Sequence record: MN850574.1
DNA: 64,000 nt
Strand: one strand, 5' to 3'
DNA from: Escherichia phage kaaroe
Below, in pieces: positions 26,361 to 34,123 of the stretch. How positions within the stretch are numbered: position 1 is the first letter of the stretch; each line of letters starts with the position of its first letter. The translations under genes were made by a program, and so were the position numbers. Under the pieces are notes generated by a model. It was given only the letters and a program-made list of their open reading frames with translations. It did no database searches and was not told the origin of the DNA.

Positions 26361-27308
26361 ATGACGTATAACCCATTTACAAAAACGACCGCTACACTTA
26401 ATGATTTCTTCGATGATCCAGAAGATAAACTGCCGGAAGGTGTGCATTTGATTGATATGTCGCAGCTTATGATTGCTACTATCTCACATACCTTTAAACC
26501 GGAAGATCCTATTAATGAAGGTATGATCCGTCATCTTATCCTTGACACCATGCGTTATAATATGACAAAATTCAAAGAGCAATACCCAATTACGGTACTT
26601 GCCTTTGATTCAAGCAAAGGTTACTGGCGACGTGATATCGCACCTTACTATAAACGCAACCGTAAGGAAAAACGAGACGCAGATCCGCGTGATTGGGAGA
26701 TGATCTTTGCTGCGATCAATAAGATCACCGAAGAGTTTAAAGAGAACATGCCTTATCACGTTATTAAGGTTGACAAAGTTGAAGCGGATGATATAATCGC
26801 TGTGTTAACTAAAAAGTTTTCTGTCGAAGGTCGCCAGGTGCTGATCAACTCAGGCGATGGTGACTACACACAGTTACACAAATACAAAAACGTGAAACAG
26901 TGGTCGCCAGTACAGAAAGCGTGGAAGAAATGCAAATATGGTAGCCCTTACAAAGACCTTATGGTAAAATGTGTTAAGGGTGACGCAAAAGACGGTGTAG
27001 CTTCTATCAAGTGCCGTAGTGATTTCATTATCTCACGACTGGAAGGAGAACGAGCTAAACCAATTGCAACCAAATGGTTAGAGCAAATTTTCGATGCCGA
27101 AGATCCAAAGTCTTTGATGACAGAGGAAGAAGCACGACGCTTTGACGAAAACCGCGAACTTATTGATTTTGAATTTATTCCTGATAACATCGAATATGAA
27201 ATTTTGTTAGCATGGGAGAAATCTAAACCAGCACCACGCGGTAAAATTTATAACTATTTTGTAACAAATGCGTTAGTTAAAATGTTGCAGAAAATTGGTG
27301 AGTTCTAA
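26361..27308 (+). CDS. rnh: RNase H (FEN-family 5'-3' exonuclease)
   Basis: 315 aa; strong similarity to T4 RNase H (GYWRRD, ADDIIAVLTKKFS, DGDYTQLHKY, KQWSP, PRGKIYNYF). Confidence 0.93.
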   Translation: MTYNPFTKTTATLNDFFDDPEDKLPEGVHLIDMSQLMIATISHTFKPEDPINEGMIRHLILDTMRYNMTKFKEQYPITVLAFDSSKGYWRRDIAPYYKRNRKEKRDADPRDWEMIFAAINKITEEFKENMPYHVIKVDKVEADDIIAVLTKKFSVEGRQVLINSGDGDYTQLHKYKNVKQWSPVQKAWKKCKYGSPYKDLMVKCVKGDAKDGVASIKCRSDFIISRLEGERAKPIATKWLEQIFDAEDPKSLMTEEEARRFDENRELIDFEFIPDNIEYEILLAWEKSKPAPRGKIYNYFVTNALVKMLQKIGEF

Positions 27309-27318
27309 GGGTTGATAT

Positions 27319-27915
27319 ATGAAAGAACTTGAATTAAAATACTATGCACACTCACAAATTGGCGTCGAAACAATCTGTGATTTGTGGGTAGCAATGTATG
27401 ACGGGTACAATCTAGTAGATCGTGCTAACACTCTAAAACACGAATTTTATTATGATACCGAAGATCATGCACTGCGTCGAAAAGGAATTTATGCTCGACT
27501 TGACGTTAATAGATCATTGATCATGGTCAAAATAGGTGATAGTGAATCTGGACTCTTCAACCGAGAAGAAATTACTTTTTCAACAATGGATGATTTCTAT
27601 CATTATGTTGATAGTCTAGGCGTAAACTCCGACCTTATCGTTCCTTTATTGCAAGTAATGACATACCGCAAGTCATTGACACTTGACCTTGAGGGTGCTA
27701 TAGTGGAAATGTGCAAAGACACTTTCTATTATTGCAAAGTCGGCGAAAGAATGGGAGAGGCTCACTATGAACTTGAGTTCGAGTTAAAATCAGGTGATGA
27801 AAAAGCACTTGACATTATCCGAGAAATGATGCTAGAATATGTTGGTGACGATTTAAGTCCTAGCGAATTTTCAAAAGCTGAACGTGGTTTTCAATTAATG
27901 ACGAAAGAGGGTTAA
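27319..27915 (+). CDS. CYTH-like (triphosphate tunnel metalloenzyme) domain protein
   Basis: N-terminal ELELKYY (ExExK) and C-terminal HYELEFELK acidic strand; 198 aa. Confidence 0.5.
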   Translation: MKELELKYYAHSQIGVETICDLWVAMYDGYNLVDRANTLKHEFYYDTEDHALRRKGIYARLDVNRSLIMVKIGDSESGLFNREEITFSTMDDFYHYVDSLGVNSDLIVPLLQVMTYRKSLTLDLEGAIVEMCKDTFYYCKVGERMGEAHYELEFELKSGDEKALDIIREMMLEYVGDDLSPSEFSKAERGFQLMTKEG

Positions 27916-27919
27916 TATT

Positions 27920-28195
27920 ATGACTGAACAGAAAAAAGAAAAAGTAGTATTTGACGAAGCAGTGCACGGAAATACCCTGGCACAACTGATTAAAGAAGCC
28001 AGCGATCAGAAAACCATTCAAGAAGCATATGGCGATAAGATCAAAGAGATCAAACAGCGTGCTAAAGAAGAATTAGGCGTAGATGGTAAAATGTGGGGCA
28101 TTCTGTTTAAACTGTATCACCAGCAACAGCGCGAAACCTTCGAAGCAGAACGCGATGAAGCAGTAGAACTCTATGATCGGGTGTTCAATGCTTAA
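27920..28195 (+). CDS. dsbA: double-stranded DNA binding protein DsbA
   Basis: 91 aa; similarity to T4 DsbA (VFDEAVHG, LIKEAS, ELGVDGKM, EAERDEAVELYDRVF). Confidence 0.85.
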   Translation: MTEQKKEKVVFDEAVHGNTLAQLIKEASDQKTIQEAYGDKIKEIKQRAKEELGVDGKMWGILFKLYHQQQRETFEAERDEAVELYDRVFNA

Positions 28196-28442
28196 TGAAC
28201 ATGCGGTAAAAGCCGCGAATAAAACAGCAAACGGTCTTGCAATCGAAAAACTGGTTGTTGAAGAGGGATTGACTTATCTTGAAGCGACAACTCAGTTTGT
28301 AGAGGAAAACTCTATAGAATATGGTCACTATCAGAAATATATTCCGGTGTCCATTATTGACAAGATCACACAAGAATGTATAGTAAATAGAACGCTCAGG
28401 AAGGGAGTGATCGACGAACCGACCAACACTCTCGATATTTAA
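28188..28442 (+). CDS. 33: late transcription accessory protein gp33-like (positional call)
   Basis: Between dsbA and gene 59 as in T4; sequence identity not verified. Confidence 0.4.
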   Translation: MLNEHAVKAANKTANGLAIEKLVVEEGLTYLEATTQFVEENSIEYGHYQKYIPVSIIDKITQECIVNRTLRKGVIDEPTNTLDI

Positions 28443-28451
28443 GGGGTATGT

Positions 28452-29132
28452 ATGATCAGAAACCGTCTTCCTCCAGATCCAGATATGCGAATTAATGCTA
28501 AATCTGTGTATATGTTATATTGCATGATGAAAGCTCATATGAACGGGCGTTATGATTGCGTAAAATACAATTGGAGGATGCGGTTATCTGATGCCGCATT
28601 CAATAAACGCAGAGATAAGTATTATTTCGCGAAATTAGCGGAAAAGTACAATCTAAGAGAATTATACTTCCTATTCCTAAGCAATCTGGTAGCTAATACC
28701 GATGCATGGGTAGGTGAAATCACCGATGTTGACGCATACGGGTTTTACATGGAGTACATCGGTAAAATCACTGATGCGGCAACACGATTTGACGATGACA
28801 TTAAAAGTCTTGTATACTTCTCAGAGAAACGCGGGGTTACTCTTAAAGAGCTAATTACATACAATCCCGCAACCGAAACTAGCGGTATATTTAAACTACT
28901 GCAAAATCGGATTATATCGTTTGAGTCGTTTATGTTGTTAGATAGCTTTCTAAATATAATCGACGAACACGACAAGGTAGCCAAAGACTTGATTTGGCAA
29001 ACTTATAGTGTTAAAATGAAGGCGTACAAGAAACTACTTGTTATTGACGCCGCAAAAGCAAGAGCATTATTTGTTAAAGTAGTTAAAGAGTGTAAAGAAA
29101 TATCTCAATTAAAAGCCGAAACAAATAGTTGA
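28452..29132 (+). CDS. 59: helicase loader gp59
   Basis: 226 aa; similarity to T4 gp59 (KSVYMLYCMMKAHMNGRYDCVKYNW, LVANTDAW, SFLNIIDEHD). Confidence 0.9.
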   Translation: MIRNRLPPDPDMRINAKSVYMLYCMMKAHMNGRYDCVKYNWRMRLSDAAFNKRRDKYYFAKLAEKYNLRELYFLFLSNLVANTDAWVGEITDVDAYGFYMEYIGKITDAATRFDDDIKSLVYFSEKRGVTLKELITYNPATETSGIFKLLQNRIISFESFMLLDSFLNIIDEHDKVAKDLIWQTYSVKMKAYKKLLVIDAAKARALFVKVVKECKEISQLKAETNS

Positions 29133-29156
29133 CAAGTAAATTTAAATCTGTATAAT
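29129..29156 (+). promoter_or_regulatory. sigma70-type promoter for gene 32
   Basis: TTGACA, 16-nt spacer, TATAAT; AU-rich leader follows. Confidence 0.55.
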
Positions 29157-29192
29157 AGTCTAGTAAATTAATCAAAAGAAGGAATAGTGAAT

Positions 29193-30161
29193 ATGTTTAA
29201 ACGCCAAGATTCTTCCAAACTGCAAGCTCAACTGGCCGCACTGAAAGGTGGCAACGGTTTCTCCAAAGAAGATCCGAAAGAGTGGAAGATTAAGACTGAT
29301 GCAGCAGGTAACGGTGAAGCCCTGATTCGCTTCCTGCCGTCTAAGACAGAAGACGGTCTGCCGATTGTGAAACTGGTAAACCATTCCTTCAAAGTTAATG
29401 GCAAATGGTATTGGGAAAACTGCTCAAGCACCCACGGTGATTTTGATTCTTGCCCTGTGTGCAAATATATTAACGAAAAAGACTTGTACAATACCGATAA
29501 AACCGAATGGCAACTGATTAAGCGTAAAGCGTCTTACTACGCAAACATTCTGGTACTGAAAGATCCTCAAGCACCAGAAAATGAAGGTAAGGTATTCAAA
29601 TTCCGCTTCGGTCAGAAAATTTATGATAAGATCGTTGCAATGGTGAACGTGAATACCGATATGGGCGAAGTTCCGGTAGATGTAACTTGTGTGTTCTCTG
29701 GTGCTAACTTCCTCCTGAAAGCTAAGAAGGTTGATAAACACCAGAACTATGATGATTCTCGTTTCATGCAGCAATCACAGCTTCCGAAAATTGAAGACGA
29801 AGCATATCAGAAATATCTGATGGAAAACATGGTTGATCTGAGTGAGATTGTAGCGCCTAGCCAGTTTAAACCGTTCGATGAACTGGAAACCAAATTTAAG
29901 AAAACTATGGGCGTTTCTATGGTAGCTGGTGCTGCGGCTTCCAGTGCTGCGGCAGCGATTAACAGCCAGCTTGACGATTTTGACGCACAGATGAATGCAT
30001 TCGATTCTGGTATGACCGCAGCTAGCACTGTAGTTGGTATTAACGCAGCTAGCACGGCGTTAGATTCTTCCGCTGATGACCTGATGGCATCTCTGGACCT
30101 GGGTGGCGGTACTTCCTCCGCTTCTGATCTGGATGATCTTGACGCTCTGTTAGGGATGTAA
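29193..30161 (+). CDS. 32: single-stranded DNA binding protein gp32
   Basis: ATG after AAGGAA SD; Zn site H..C..CxxC ([14 protein letters not shown]); strong similarity to T4 gp32; acidic C-terminus. Confidence 0.93.
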   Translation: MFKRQDSSKLQAQLAALKGGNGFSKEDPKEWKIKTDAAGNGEALIRFLPSKTEDGLPIVKLVNHSFKVNGKWYWENCSSTHGDFDSCPVCKYINEKDLYNTDKTEWQLIKRKASYYANILVLKDPQAPENEGKVFKFRFGQKIYDKIVAMVNVNTDMGEVPVDVTCVFSGANFLLKAKKVDKHQNYDDSRFMQQSQLPKIEDEAYQKYLMENMVDLSEIVAPSQFKPFDELETKFKKTMGVSMVAGAAASSAAAAINSQLDDFDAQMNAFDSGMTAASTVVGINAASTALDSSADDLMASLDLGGGTSSASDLDDLDALLGM

Positions 30162-30171
30162 TGAATTTTAC

Positions 30172-30197
30172 AGCCTCCCTTCGGGGAGGCTTTTTAT
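30172..30197 (+). terminator. intrinsic terminator after gene 32 (UUCG-loop hairpin)
   Basis: AGCCTCCC-TTCG-GGGAGGCT followed by TTTTTATT. Confidence 0.7.
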
Positions 30198-30223
30198 TGC
30201 CTAAAATTTTATGAAAAAAGATG

Positions 30224-30251
30224 TTGACATGTTGGCGAGGTAATGTATAAT
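30224..30251 (+). promoter_or_regulatory. sigma70-type early promoter
   Basis: TTGACA, 16-nt spacer, TATAAT, then CATCGAAACAACGGAGGATAAAAATATG leader. Confidence 0.55.
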
Positions 30252-30281
30252 GAACTCATCGAAACAACGGAGGATAAAAAT

Positions 30282-31526
30282 ATGAAAACTTACTTTGCAA
30301 AAGATGTTTGTTATATTATCAAAAATAAATCCGTCTCAAAAACACCAGAACATTACGAGAATCGCTCAATAAATTATGCATTGTCTCATGGTTTCGTTTA
30401 TTTGGGGTTTATTGGAGAATATTCTGGATGCCAAACCTTGTCAAATTTTGAATGTAAAAGACATGGAACGTTTGCGGTCAGAGTACAAAATCTAAATCAT
30501 GCTAAACATGGTTGCCCAAAATGTGCCATTGAGGATAGGGCAGAAAAAAGAAAATTGAGTATAGAAAAGATTTATAACGACATAAATCGAATCTGTGACG
30601 AGAACGGAACTATAGAATTAACAGAAATTAAAGGTGGGTATAAAACAACAAAAACACGAAATTTATTTTTTAAATGTAAATTGTGTAATGGCATGTTTAA
30701 TACATCACATGATCATTTAAAACGAGGTCAAGCATGTCCAAAATGTCGGTATAAAAAAATTTCTGTGTGTAATACTAGAAACCAACTTGATATTGAACTT
30801 GACATAAAAATAGAATGTAAAAAAAGAAAAACCGTTGAATTTGTAGAATTTGAAAATGGATATTGCAGATACAAGTCAAAAAATTTAATAATGAGATGTT
30901 TGCGTGGACACGGAAATTACACAACAACAGCAAACGACTTTTTTAAGGGACGTGGTTGTCCTACATGCGGAGGAACGAAAAGACTAACAGAAAAACAAGC
31001 ATCTGAACAAATGATAAAAGAGTGTGAAATTAGAGGTTATGATTTTTTGGGATTTTTTAATGGGTATAAAAAGTCGGCAGAACCTAATGCAAAATTAAAA
31101 TGTAAACGCAGTGGGGTAGTTTTTTATACATCACACAACAATTTTATGAAAGGACAAAACTGTAAGTGTTGCTCTGAATTTGGATATAGAACAACGAAAT
31201 CTGGTGTTTTCTATGTACAGAAACTGTTAGAAAATAATATTTTTTGTGGTGTTAAATTTGGTGTAACCAATAGAACAACAAAAGAACGAATTGGAGGTCA
31301 ATCTCGCCTTTCCAAATTCGACCACGAGATCTTTTATGAACTTACTTTACAAGACGGTCAAAAGATCTTAGACTTAGAGAACAAGATCAAGGAAGCGATG
31401 AAAGGTAAAACTTCCTATATCTCAAAAGAAGATATGCCGGATGGCTACACAGAAACAGTAGCGCCGTCAGAATTGAGCACTATCATGTATATCGTAAAAA
31501 CTTTTGAAAAAGAGTTGACAGCGTAA
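30282..31526 (+). CDS. zinc-ribbon repeat protein with C-terminal GIY-YIG/T5orf172-like region (possible homing endonuclease-like element)
   Basis: Four repeats of ~45 aa ending G(C)PxC; C-terminal GVFYVQKL...FCGVKFGVTNRTTKERIG; AT-rich codon usage. Confidence 0.4.
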   Translation: MKTYFAKDVCYIIKNKSVSKTPEHYENRSINYALSHGFVYLGFIGEYSGCQTLSNFECKRHGTFAVRVQNLNHAKHGCPKCAIEDRAEKRKLSIEKIYNDINRICDENGTIELTEIKGGYKTTKTRNLFFKCKLCNGMFNTSHDHLKRGQACPKCRYKKISVCNTRNQLDIELDIKIECKKRKTVEFVEFENGYCRYKSKNLIMRCLRGHGNYTTTANDFFKGRGCPTCGGTKRLTEKQASEQMIKECEIRGYDFLGFFNGYKKSAEPNAKLKCKRSGVVFYTSHNNFMKGQNCKCCSEFGYRTTKSGVFYVQKLLENNIFCGVKFGVTNRTTKERIGGQSRLSKFDHEIFYELTLQDGQKILDLENKIKEAMKGKTSYISKEDMPDGYTETVAPSELSTIMYIVKTFEKELTA

Positions 31527-31542
31527 CGCAATAGTGTATAAT
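31515..31542 (+). promoter_or_regulatory. sigma70-type early promoter
   Basis: TTGACA, 16-nt spacer, TATAAT, then CATATCGAAACAAAGAGAGGATTATATTATG. Confidence 0.5.
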
Positions 31543-31573
31543 GTACATATCGAAACAAAGAGAGGATTATATT

Positions 31574-31903
31574 ATGTGGACTGTAGAACAAATCGTAGAT
31601 GAAAAAGTAAGTATTATCTCATGTGGCACTATTGAAGAATGCCTAAAAGCCGCCAATCGTGAATGTATTACGGTTTATGAAGCCCGTCGCGGGGATGGTA
31701 CTGTGTTAACCAGCGACTATCGATATGAACCAAAAATGATTACCTTTCGTTTCTGGGAAAATGGTGTTAATGTTGGGGTATCTCACTTAAAACGTTTTCG
31801 TGATTATTCTGACCGTTATTTCATCACACCGGATAACGGTCAAGAATTTAAGACAGCAATCACAGAAGAAAATGTAAACGAAAACTATTTCAAACTGATT
31901 TGA
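31574..31903 (+). CDS. hypothetical protein (109 aa)
   Basis: Internal ATG of track ORF 31541-31903 after GAGAGGA SD. Confidence 0.5.
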   Translation: MWTVEQIVDEKVSIISCGTIEECLKAANRECITVYEARRGDGTVLTSDYRYEPKMITFRFWENGVNVGVSHLKRFRDYSDRYFITPDNGQEFKTAITEENVNENYFKLI

Positions 31904-31918
31904 TGGGAGATTTATATT

Positions 31919-32488
31919 ATGATTCAATGTGTATTTGCGATTGGTGACACTAAAATGTCAGATGAAAACTGGGCTTTTGGTTTTAAAGGCGGTTTACCGT
32001 GGGGTCGTCCAATCAAAAAGGACATGGAAAACTTTAAAATGCGCACTATGGGAGATGTTGATCTTGCGGCGGTAGTAATGGGACGTAATACCTTTGAAAG
32101 TCTGCCTAAAGCACTGGAAGGTCGTCTTAATGTGGTTATTAGTACCGATGCCAGCAAGCCGACACCGAAAGCCAAAAACGGCGACCAGCCTAATGTGTAT
32201 ACTGGAATTGAATTAAAGGATCTGTTAAAAGTCCTGGAGAAAACGCAAGGTTTGGTAAGTGTTATCGGCGGACCTTCCCTGATTGAAAAAGCGGTTGACT
32301 TTGCGGATCGTATTGTGTTAACGTATGTTCAACGTTCAGGAATCAACGATCCATTTGAATATGATGTTGGTATCTCTAAGGAAATGATTCAGGAATTATA
32401 TTTTGACTTTGTAACCAAAGAAGAACATAATTACTTCCTTGATGATTACCTGATCAGCGAACAAATTTTAGAACGTAAGAAGGCGTAA
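31919..32488 (+). CDS. frd: dihydrofolate reductase
   Basis: 189 aa; DHFR pattern (AFGFKGGLPWGRPIKKDMENFK); position between gene 32 and td. Confidence 0.85.
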   Translation: MIQCVFAIGDTKMSDENWAFGFKGGLPWGRPIKKDMENFKMRTMGDVDLAAVVMGRNTFESLPKALEGRLNVVISTDASKPTPKAKNGDQPNVYTGIELKDLLKVLEKTQGLVSVIGGPSLIEKAVDFADRIVLTYVQRSGINDPFEYDVGISKEMIQELYFDFVTKEEHNYFLDDYLISEQILERKKA

Positions 32489-32489
32489 C

Positions 32490-32582
32490 ATGAAAATTCT
32501 GACAGATTATGAGTGCAAACATTGTGGTGAATCTTTGATGTTTGCTGGTAGTCGGTGTTTACACTGCGGACGGGAACAATAA
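32490..32582 (+). CDS. small zinc-ribbon peptide (30 aa)
   Basis: MKILTDYECKHCGESLMFAGSRCLHCGREQ; CxxC...CxxC; stop overlaps next start. Confidence 0.4.
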   Translation: MKILTDYECKHCGESLMFAGSRCLHCGREQ

Positions 32583-32851
32583 TGAAAGTCGGTATTATTC
32601 AATTATGGACGGCTACCAGTGAAAACTACGCAGTAGCCGTAGATTATTACGGTTTACAATATCTCTATGATGAAGCGAGCGCATCATGGCTTCCTGTGCA
32701 AGAAAATAGCGATATATCAAGACCTGCTACTATATTCGACCGTGGCGTTGTCTTTATCGATATTGACGAGACAGTAGCAAAACTGCGTAAGAAAGCAATC
32801 AATAAGAAAAAGGTGATGTGGGATGAAAGAATATTTGAAACTATTGCGTGA
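32582..32851 (+). CDS. hypothetical protein (89 aa)
   Basis: Internal ATG of track ORF 32555-32851; 3' end overlaps td start. Confidence 0.45.
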   Translation: MKVGIIQLWTATSENYAVAVDYYGLQYLYDEASASWLPVQENSDISRPATIFDRGVVFIDIDETVAKLRKKAINKKKVMWDERIFETIA

Positions 32852-34055
32852 TGTTCTTGATAATGGATGGCCTCGTGAAGACCGAACTGGGGTAGGTACG
32901 CTATCTAAATTCGGCGCAGAGATGCGAATTGATTTAAGCAAGGGTTTCCCATTACTGACCACTAAAAAGATGGCTACAGCCTCTGTAATTGGCGAATTGC
33001 TATGGTTTATGGAGGGATCACTTGACCGCCGTCGCTTACAGGAAATTACACGCGGTAAGTTTGACGAAGAAGCCTTCGACATTTGGCGCGGCAACTGTCT
33101 TGATATGAAAGAAAAGAATCCTTTGCGATTCAATGGTTATAATGTCGGCAATATGTATGGTATGGCATGGCGACGCAAACCGATTCATCCACACGGTGAA
33201 ATCAAAATTAAGCGCGTTAAGAGCAAATATGCACATACATTTAAGCACCCGTGGGTAGAAGACTTTACGCCAACCAATGAAACAGAAGACCGTTTATGTG
33301 CTATCTGGCGTGGTATGCGTTATGAAGAGTTTGATTCTGAATATAATCAATTCTTAGTAGCAGACCACTGGAAGACTCAATCTAATTTTGTTAATGATGC
33401 ATATTGCTTGTGGGGATTCCAGGAATGGGTAGATGATGGTTATTTCGGTTATCTGCTTGATAGTGATTATCTGGGCGGGGATATTTTAGCGCCAGATACC
33501 ACGATCTTTGCTAGTATGGACGTAGACACATCGAGCACTAAAGACGATGAAGAATATGTCTATCGACCGAAGATTTGGGAAGACCAGTTACAAAACGTGA
33601 TTGAACAAATTAAAAACAATCCAACGGATCGACGTATCATCATTGACTCATGGAACGTACAAGGAACACATAATGCTGTATTAGGTGTATGTCATCCTTT
33701 CGTGCAATTCTACGTCAATGAAGGTAAACTGTCTTGTATGTGGTTTCAGCGAAGCGTAGACAGCTTTTTAGGCTTGCCCTTTAACGTCGCCAGCTATGCG
33801 CTGTTAACTCACATCATAGCGAAAATGTGTGATCTTGAGGTAGGAGAACTGATTTTCTCTGGTGGAGATACTCACATTTACAAAAACCATTTTGATCAAG
33901 TTATGGAACAGTTAAGCCGTGTTCCGTTTGATAAACCAACGATTGAGTTGCCGGAATTTAAATCTTTAGATGAGGTATTGACAAAGACTCCGAAAGACTT
34001 TAAAATTCACAACTATCAAAGCCATCCAGCAATCACCGCTCAAATGGCAGTATAA
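32823..34055 (+). CDS. td: thymidylate synthase with a ~130-aa internal insertion; no intron
   Basis: 410 aa continuous ORF; ThyA motifs (active-site CHPFVQFYV, RSVDSFLGLPFNVASYALL, SGGDTHIY, C-terminal AV). Confidence 0.88.
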   Translation: MKEYLKLLRDVLDNGWPREDRTGVGTLSKFGAEMRIDLSKGFPLLTTKKMATASVIGELLWFMEGSLDRRRLQEITRGKFDEEAFDIWRGNCLDMKEKNPLRFNGYNVGNMYGMAWRRKPIHPHGEIKIKRVKSKYAHTFKHPWVEDFTPTNETEDRLCAIWRGMRYEEFDSEYNQFLVADHWKTQSNFVNDAYCLWGFQEWVDDGYFGYLLDSDYLGGDILAPDTTIFASMDVDTSSTKDDEEYVYRPKIWEDQLQNVIEQIKNNPTDRRIIIDSWNVQGTHNAVLGVCHPFVQFYVNEGKLSCMWFQRSVDSFLGLPFNVASYALLTHIIAKMCDLEVGELIFSGGDTHIYKNHFDQVMEQLSRVPFDKPTIELPEFKSLDEVLTKTPKDFKIHNYQSHPAITAQMAV

Positions 34056-34060
34056 ACAAA

Positions 34061-34076
34061 GGGGGCGAAAGCCCCC
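34061..34076 (+). other. stable GCGAAAGC-type hairpin between td and nrdA
   Basis: GGGGGC-GAAA-GCCCCC; no T-run. Confidence 0.5.
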
Positions 34077-34123
34077 AATATGGAGGATAAACTTGTTCCT
34101 GCTAAAATATGAAGTGAGGTAAT

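Noticed and set aside
33180-33581. Intein in the td insertion
   Set aside because: Insert boundaries lack the N-terminal Cys/Ser and C-terminal His-Asn-Cys/Ser/Thr signature, and no endonuclease or Hint block motifs are apparent.
32823-34055. Group I intron in td (as in T4)
   Set aside because: The td reading frame is continuous for 410 codons with all catalytic motifs in one frame; no interruption consistent with an intron.
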